A stretch of DNA of 63,078 nt, counting the filler, from Deltaproteobacteria bacterium (GTDB taxonomy: Bacteria; JAUYMQ01): the NCBI GenBank assembly GCA_030698575.1. It is 12 parts of 12 records of this genome, joined end to end, with 100 filler letters (N's around TTAATTAATTAA, not from the genome) between each part and the next. Parts side by side here need not be neighbours in the genome. Positions count along the whole stretch, not along the records: positions 54,045 to 59,698 come from JAUYMQ010000641.1; positions 59,799 to 63,078 come from JAUYMQ010000642.1; 10 more parts are not named here. One strand, 5' to 3'. Below are positions 57,739 through 63,078 of the stretch, one piece after another. The notes under the pieces were generated by a model. The model searched no databases and had not been told where the DNA came from. It worked only from the letters and a program-made list of their open reading frames with translations. Every line of letters begins with the position of its first letter. Positions within the stretch are counted from its first letter, which is position 1. Position numbers and translations under genes: made by a program.

Positions 57739-58581
57739 ATGCCTCCCATGCCCGAATACCGAGCGGTCTTCACCGACCTGGACGGCACACTACTGAACGA
57801 GCAGGGGAAGATCACGCCCGAGACGCTCGACGTCCTCGCGCGACTTCAGGCGCGGGGCATCCCGCTTTTCGTCGCCACCGGCCGCTCGGTTTGCGCCACG
57901 AAGGCGGCGCTTCAGCAGATCGATCTCCGAACGCCATTCGTCTGCTACAACGGCGCGGTCGTCTACGATCCCGTATCGGACGAGTGGCTGCGGCACGAGA
58001 AGATCGACGACCACGTGACCGAAGAGCTTCTGGCGATCTGCGAGTCGCATGCGCTCTTCTATCTGGTCTTCCACGAAGACGCCAAGCACACGCTCCCGCC
58101 GCGCTACGATTACCAAACCGCATTCTATGACAGGCTGGAGAATATCCGGCACGTCGAGGCGTTCGATGAGCTTCCGCGCCGCTCGGTGACCAAGTTCTCC
58201 ATCTTCACCGCCGACGGCGACGGTGACCGGGCGATTCTCGGCTACCTCGAGCAGCGAGAGGACGAGCACTACGTCGAGCGCTTCCACATCAGCACGATAC
58301 CCGGCTTCCGCGAATTCAGCTTCCATTCCACCGACGTGCACGCCCGCGCCGGCGGGAAGGGGGCCGGCGTTCGGTTTGTGATGGAGCGGCACGGGTTCGC
58401 CCGCGAGGAGATCGTCGCCATCGGCGATCACCGCAACGACGTGAGCATGCTCGAAGTTGCGGGCCTGGGCGTCGCGATGAACGATGCCCCTCCCGAGCTG
58501 CTCGCGCACGCCGACGAGATCATCGATCACGAAGCGGGAAACGGCGTCGCCCGCCTGCTCACCCGTCTCTTCGACCTCTGA
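57739..58581 (+). CDS. Cof-type HAD hydrolase
   Basis: DLDGTLL, ATGR, YNGA and GD..ND..M motifs. Confidence 0.92.
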   Translation: MPPMPEYRAVFTDLDGTLLNEQGKITPETLDVLARLQARGIPLFVATGRSVCATKAALQQIDLRTPFVCYNGAVVYDPVSDEWLRHEKIDDHVTEELLAICESHALFYLVFHEDAKHTLPPRYDYQTAFYDRLENIRHVEAFDELPRRSVTKFSIFTADGDGDRAILGYLEQREDEHYVERFHISTIPGFREFSFHSTDVHARAGGKGAGVRFVMERHGFAREEIVAIGDHRNDVSMLEVAGLGVAMNDAPPELLAHADEIIDHEAGNGVARLLTRLFDL

Positions 58582-58601
58582 CCGCCAATCCGGACCTCTC
58601 C

Positions 58602-59492
58602 ATGGCCGAGCGCATCGACATGCACGTGCACGTCTATGAAGACGAGGTCGCACGGCGCGCGATCGCGAATATCCGCGCCTTCCGCGTCCGCGCGGGGATC
58701 CTCGGGGTCGAGATCGCAGAGGACGGCAGCCCCGCATACCTGCAGGACGAGATGGCGCGCCTGGGCATCGGTCGCTCGGTCATCCAGGCCGTCGTGCCCC
58801 GCCCGGAAATCATGGAGAAGATCAACGCCTGGACCAGCGAGCAGGTGGAATCATCGGGCGGCCGCCTCATGGCCTTCGGCGGACTCCATCCGATGGCGCC
58901 GGCGGAGGCGCTTGCGGCGGAGATCAAGCGGTTCATGTCGGAGTACGGCTTCAGGGGCGTGAAGCTCCACCCCACGCTGCAGGGCTACGATCCGGTCTCG
59001 ACGGAGGCCATGCGGCTGTACGAGCGCATCGCGGCCGCCGGCCTGCCGCTTCTCATCCATCCCGATCGCCGCGTGCACCTCGACGCGACGCCGGAAGCCG
59101 CGGAGCAGGACCTCGATGATCATTTCCTCCTGGCCGACGCCGGTCACGTGCTCACGAACGAAAGGCTCTGCCACATCATCGAGTCGTTCCCGGAACTGAC
59201 TATTGTGGCGTCGCATCTGGGCGGCTCGCACTCCGAGCGGCTCGAGGCGCTGGTCAAGGGCTCGCCAAAGGTCTGGCTCGACTTCGCGATCGTGAGGGTC
59301 TTCTTCCCGGAAGGGCCTTCCCACGTGGCTGAGCTGGTGCGCCGCTACGGCGCAGAGAACGTCCTGTTCGGCTCCGACTTCCCGTTCTGGCCCCAGGAGG
59401 CCGCGCTCACCTACCTCGACCAGACGGGCCTCACGGCCGGGGAGCGCCGCCTCATGGAGATCGAGAACCCCCGCCGCCTGCTCGGCCTCTGA
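58602..59492 (+). CDS. Amidohydrolase-2 family protein
   Basis: IDMHVH, GVKLHP, SHLGG and LFGSDFP motifs. Confidence 0.92.
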   Translation: MAERIDMHVHVYEDEVARRAIANIRAFRVRAGILGVEIAEDGSPAYLQDEMARLGIGRSVIQAVVPRPEIMEKINAWTSEQVESSGGRLMAFGGLHPMAPAEALAAEIKRFMSEYGFRGVKLHPTLQGYDPVSTEAMRLYERIAAAGLPLLIHPDRRVHLDATPEAAEQDLDDHFLLADAGHVLTNERLCHIIESFPELTIVASHLGGSHSERLEALVKGSPKVWLDFAIVRVFFPEGPSHVAELVRRYGAENVLFGSDFPFWPQEAALTYLDQTGLTAGERRLMEIENPRRLLGL

Positions 59493-59597
59493 GCCGGCTG
59501 CCCGTTCCACGAAGCGCTCCGCAGGGCGTCCAACCCTCTCCACACCCTTGTCCACAGCTATTTCACAGCCTCGCGACGGCAGGGTGCGGCCCGGCGT

Positions 59598-59698
59598 TCA
59601 GGCTTTGCGGATCCGGATGTAGACCTCCTCGCAGCGGAACGAGCAGAAGTAGACGTCGGTGTCGGTGGGATCGCCGTAGCCGGTGGCGGCGCCGGGCG
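59598..59698 (-). CDS. 3' end of a YHS/TRASH-like protein
   Basis: ...DVYFCSFRCEEVYIRIRKA-stop. Confidence 0.45.
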
Positions 59699-59798
59699 NN
59701 NNNNNNNNNNNNNNNNNNNNNNNNNNNNNNNNNNNNNNNNNNTTAATTAATTAANNNNNNNNNNNNNNNNNNNNNNNNNNNNNNNNNNNNNNNNNNNN

Positions 59799-60858
59799 CC
59801 ACCGTGAAGATCTCCTGCACCTGGTCGAGGATCGGCGCCGTGGCAAGCACGCCGGCCGAGGTCCGCAGGTCGTGCAGCGCGGCGGTGCCCTCGCGGGCGA
59901 GGCGCCCGGAGTAGAGGCGATGGAAACTATCCGCTACCCGGTCGGTGCTCACGCGCACGTCCTGGCCGCGGATGCGCTGTTCTACTCCGAACGCGGAATC
60001 TTGGATGAGGCCGACGAGGCCGCCGAACGACACGCCAACCCCGAACAGCGCATCCGTGGTCTGGAAGACTTCCATCAAGTTGTAGATTGACGGCTTCCAC
60101 CCGCGGACGGTGCGCGAGCGGGACACGCGCGCGCGCCGGCCGAAGGGGTTGAGCCGTGCCAGGCCTCCCGCCCGCAGTTTCAGGGCGCGGCCCATGACGA
60201 CGGCGGGGACGCCGGCGGCGAGCGCGTGCCGCGCACCGCCGCAGAGGAAGGCGTAGGCCGGGAACGCCATCATGCCGAACGTCTGCAAGAGCTTGAGCAG
60301 ATCGGCGCCGAGCAGCACCCACCCGAGGATCGGGATGGCCCGTGACAGGGCTTTCGCCCCCACCTTGCCGGTGAGCGCAAACAGGGGTTCAGAAATGCCC
60401 GCGAGGGCCTCGAGGCCGCGGATCGCGGGGATGAGGGCGAGGCGCCCGACCGTGACGACGGTGGTCAGGAGGTCTTGCACGTTGTCGATCGCGGTCATCA
60501 CCTGGCCGTAGGCCTTCGCGTACTCGGGGCTCGCGGCGTTGTTCATCAGGCGGGCGCGCCGGCCACGCGCGGCGATATTGTCTTGCAGGTCGGTCGAGAG
60601 CGGCGAGGGGACGCCCGCGCGGATCGCGCTGTAGTGCGCTTCGCGCATCGCGGGCGTGATCTGCGGCTGGGGAACGACATGGATCACGTCATCCCAGGCC
60701 GGGATGGTGATTTGCCGGGGGGCCGGGTCGTCGTAGCGCCGCCGGGCGGCGGTGGCGCGCGCCATTCTGGCGCCGCCGTCGCTGAGGGCGTCGAGGCCGG
60801 TACGGAAGCGGTCTACCTCATCGGCCAGAAGAGCAGAGACGCCGAGGTCGAGGGGCAC
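59799..60858 (-). CDS. Hypothetical viral protein with hydrophobic segments (3' truncated)
   Basis: Long ORF in a tightly packed viral-type operon; no recognised motif. Confidence 0.6.
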
Positions 60859-60861
60859 CCC

Positions 60862-61122
60862 TCACGGGGCTTTCTGGAGGCCCTTGGTCTCCACGGTGGT
60901 GGTGCAGTCGTCCTTGATGGTGATGACGGCCGCGATGGACTTGTCCACGAGAGTGTAGCTGACCACCCCTTTCCCCCACGGGCTGGTGGCCGTGACACAG
61001 ACCGTCCCCGCGTCCTTGAGCTTACTCATTGCGGCCATCTGGGCGGCCGACATGCCCCCCGGAGCCAGGGCGCAACCGCCCAGCCCCACCGCCAGGAGCC
61101 CGAGAATGGCGAAATGGACCAT
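60862..61122 (-). CDS. Small lipoprotein
   Basis: RBS GGAGG; MVHFAILGLLAVGLGG-C lipobox. Confidence 0.65.
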   Translation of the reverse strand: MVHFAILGLLAVGLGGCALAPGGMSAAQMAAMSKLKDAGTVCVTATSPWGKGVVSYTLVDKSIAAVITIKDDCTTTVETKGLQKAP

Positions 61123-61151
61123 GAGTTTCCCTCCGGGCGCGCTGGGCGCCA

Positions 61152-61334
61152 TCAGGCGGGGCTTTCCGGGGGGGGGTCTGTACTTCGGAACGGCTTTCGG
61201 CCGATCAGGGCGTGGCGAAGCTCCTGGACGGCCGTGGTCAGTTCCCGGAGGCGGGTCTCCAGGCGCACCAGGACGAAGATGGTCACCGCGGCCGGGAAGC
61301 CGATCGTGCTGATGAGCTTGACCAGGTCGTCCAT
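61152..61334 (-). CDS. YvrJ-family / holin-like single-TM protein
   Basis: ISTIGFPAAVTIFVLVRLETRLRELTTAVQEL; TGATG-coupled. Confidence 0.75.
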   Translation of the reverse strand: MDDLVKLISTIGFPAAVTIFVLVRLETRLRELTTAVQELRHALIGRKPFRSTDPPPESPA

Positions 61335-61603
61335 CAGGGCACCCGGAGCGAGAGCGGCTCGAGGTGGTCGTGGTCGGACTCGACCAGCACCCACAGCCCG
61401 AGGCTGTGGCCGTAGCGCCGCCGGCGTTCCGCGGTGAAGCCCGCGCCGGGCACCACGTCGGCGGCCAGGTCGTAGAGGTGGCGCGAGTTCGGCACCCCGT
61501 CCACGGCCTTGTTGTCGCCGGCGTTGCGGCCCCAGCTCGTGACGGTGCCGTTCAGGCCGCGGCGGTACGCGACGACAGCCAGCGCGAAGGCGGCGAGGTC
61601 CAT
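61334..61603 (-). CDS. Minimal peptidase M15 (endolysin-like), 89 aa
   Basis: TSWGR....N.AV.GV.NSRH....AAD and E.DHDH (Zn-ligand pattern). Confidence 0.85.
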   Translation of the reverse strand: MDLAAFALAVVAYRRGLNGTVTSWGRNAGDNKAVDGVPNSRHLYDLAADVVPGAGFTAERRRRYGHSLGLWVLVESDHDHLEPLSLRVP

Positions 61604-62049
61604 CAGGGGCTCCCTACTTCGATGAGGGTGACGCCGAGGGCTTGCGCGCAGTACGCAATGTCCGGGCTCGCGCGGTCGGTGACGACCGCGGGGACGAGCG
61701 GAAAGGGCGACAGCTCGTCCTGCTCGGCCATGACGTGGTAGCAGAGCGCCCCGCCGATCGCGGACACGCTCGCGGACGGTTTCACTTCGACGATCCAGAC
61801 TTCTCCCTCGCGGCGCAGCACGGCGTCAACCTTGAGCGCGGTGCTGTACTGGTACCCGGTGCGGGTCGGCAGATCGCCCTGGTTCTCGTCAGGTAAAAAA
61901 CCGCCGAGGGCGACGTCGTAGGCGACTTCCTGGTAGTTGTCCGCGTACTTGTCGAGGAACCGTTCCCAGATCGCGGCGTCGAGCTTCGCCATGTGGGGAT
62001 AGTTGCCGCTCTTGACGAGCGGGGTCCAGACGAGGGGATAGACCGGCAT
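61603..62049 (-). CDS. PD-(D/E)xK-fold nuclease-like protein
   Basis: KVDAV......WIVEVKP......IG.AL.Y motif. Confidence 0.7.
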   Translation of the reverse strand: MPVYPLVWTPLVKSGNYPHMAKLDAAIWERFLDKYADNYQEVAYDVALGGFLPDENQGDLPTRTGYQYSTALKVDAVLRREGEVWIVEVKPSASVSAIGGALCYHVMAEQDELSPFPLVPAVVTDRASPDIAYCAQALGVTLIEVGSP

Positions 62050-62054
62050 GGCCG

Positions 62055-63078
62055 TCAGACCCCGCCGAAGCAGCCCGGAACAGGAACACCGTAAGGTGTG
62101 GGGCCGCGCCAGCCCGCGGGGCTGCCCTGCCGCAGATACTCGGGGACGGGCATCCAGCCGCCGGGCCAGCTCTCGCGGCACATCCACAGATCCGCCGGCG
62201 GCGCCGGCGCCGCCACGGGCGTCCCCTCGGGCGTGGGCACGAGGGCCTGCCAGATCCGCGCGAGCGGCTGGGCGATTGCGCTCGGCGCCGCGCCGACCGT
62301 CTTGATGATCCAGCGGCCGACGGTCTCGACCGGATCGTACTTGTGCCCGAAGCAGCCCGGGAGGAACACACCGTAAGGTGTCGGCCCGTGCCACGGTCCG
62401 GTGCCGGCGCCGACGCGGGGATCATCGAACGCCAGCCACCCGCCGGGCCAGCGCTCGAAGCACGCCCACGGGCCGGGGCGCTTGCGGCAGGCATCGGCGA
62501 CTTCGCGCAGCGAGAGCGCCCCCAGCAGGTCGAAGCGCGTGCCCTTCGCGGCCTTCCTCGCGGCGATGTCCGCCGCGGTGAGCGGTTGGATGCGCTCGCC
62601 GGCCTGGGCCGCGGCCATGCTGGGCGTCATGAGCCCGCCGATGAGCGCGCCGGCGCGGCCTTCGGTGATCTTGCCGGCGGCCATCGCCCGGGTGATGCCG
62701 TTGATGGCGCGCGCGATGGCCTCCGGGTTTTCATGGCCGAGCGTCGCCGCGCGGCGCGCGCCGGCAAACGTTCCGTCATTCGCGGTGTCCTGGTGCTGCT
62801 GGCCTCGCGGTGGGTAGCACTTCGGGTTTGTGGGGCCCTGGGCGTCAAAGCCGGTCCACAGCCAGCCGGGGGGCTTCGCGGTGAAGGTGCGGGTTCCCGG
62901 GATGAACACGCGCTTCCCCGCCTGGGTCTCGAAGCGCCAGGGCGTGTACCGCCACCCGAAGAAGTTGTAGCCGCCGGGCCAGTCGGGCCGACACGCATTG
63001 GGTGGGCGGCCCTTGGTGGGCGGCGGCAACTTGCCGGGCGTGTAGCGCCGCGCGCGGCGCGTGCGCGTCCGCGCGAGC
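62055..63078 (-). CDS. Hypothetical viral protein with duplicated Trp/Gly/Cys module (5' end beyond window)
   Basis: Frame open to window end; two 41-aa repeats at 62468-62346 and 62186-62064. Confidence 0.7.
   Translation of the reverse strand, partial: LARTRTRRARRYTPGKLPPPTKGRPPNACRPDWPGGYNFFGWRYTPWRFETQAGKRVFIPGTRTFTAKPPGWLWTGFDAQGPTNPKCYPPRGQQHQDTANDGTFAGARRAATLGHENPEAIARAINGITRAMAAGKITEGRAGALIGGLMTPSMAAAQAGERIQPLTAADIAARKAAKGTRFDLLGALSLREVADACRKRPGPWACFERWPGGWLAFDDPRVGAGTGPWHGPTPYGVFLPGCFGHKYDPVETVGRWIIKTVGAAPSAIAQPLARIWQALVPTPEGTPVAAPAPPADLWMCRESWPGGWMPVPEYLRQGSPAGWRGPTPYGVPVPGCFGGV

Noticed and set aside
2548-59798. Recurrent TTAATTAATTAA in N runs as a biological repeat; ORFs ending in X-run/LIN; cross-contig gene neighbourhoods
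   Set aside because: These are artificial linkers. Adjacent contigs are unrelated, so no synteny was inferred across them.

Overview
This window is not one locus. It is 12 unrelated high-GC bacterial and viral contigs joined by artificial 100-nt linkers (44 N + TTAATTAATTAA + 44 N): 1-2547, 2648-15246, 15347-19458, 19559-22243, 22344-24886, 24987-28635, 28736-43672, 43773-47680, 47781-50845, 50946-53944, 54045-59698 and 59799-63078. Most contigs carry ordinary genes: ileS-lspA-lgt, frdABCD, tkt, acyl-CoA dehydrogenases, pepP-modBCA and a sulfur-carrier/sulfonate ABC operon. Contig 2 stands out as a defence/DNA-damage island. It encodes a HEPN-motif protein, an Mrr-like nuclease, an AAA ATPase, a PafB/PafC-like WYL pair, a Cas4-like/DUF2779 nuclease, a ComEC-like MBL hydrolase and an SNF2 helicase with a Cys-rich partner. 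Its intergenic DNA holds three unusual signals. (i) An intact tRNA-Leu scaffold has a non-Leu anticodon loop (CCCUCAA; CUC = Glu; C33). (ii) About 50 nt downstream on the same strand, an element antisense to that tRNA's D-arm and anticodon arm is fused to a terminator hairpin; a second copy 4.8 kb away differs mainly in the anticodon-matching segment. (iii) Three PafBC-type promoters, [T/A]GTCAC-N10-NANNNT, lie in front of island genes. Together these suggest an undescribed tRNA-guided antisense/attenuation module inside a WYL regulon, which is a hypothesis and not a demonstrated function. Also notable: a complete IS1111-type IS110 element whose bridge-RNA guide segments can be matched by eye to its own target and donor sites, a small-virus lysis cassette, an amber-interrupted molybdoenzyme and tandem 49-aa membrane peptides. 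All calls come from reading motifs by eye; no database searches were run.
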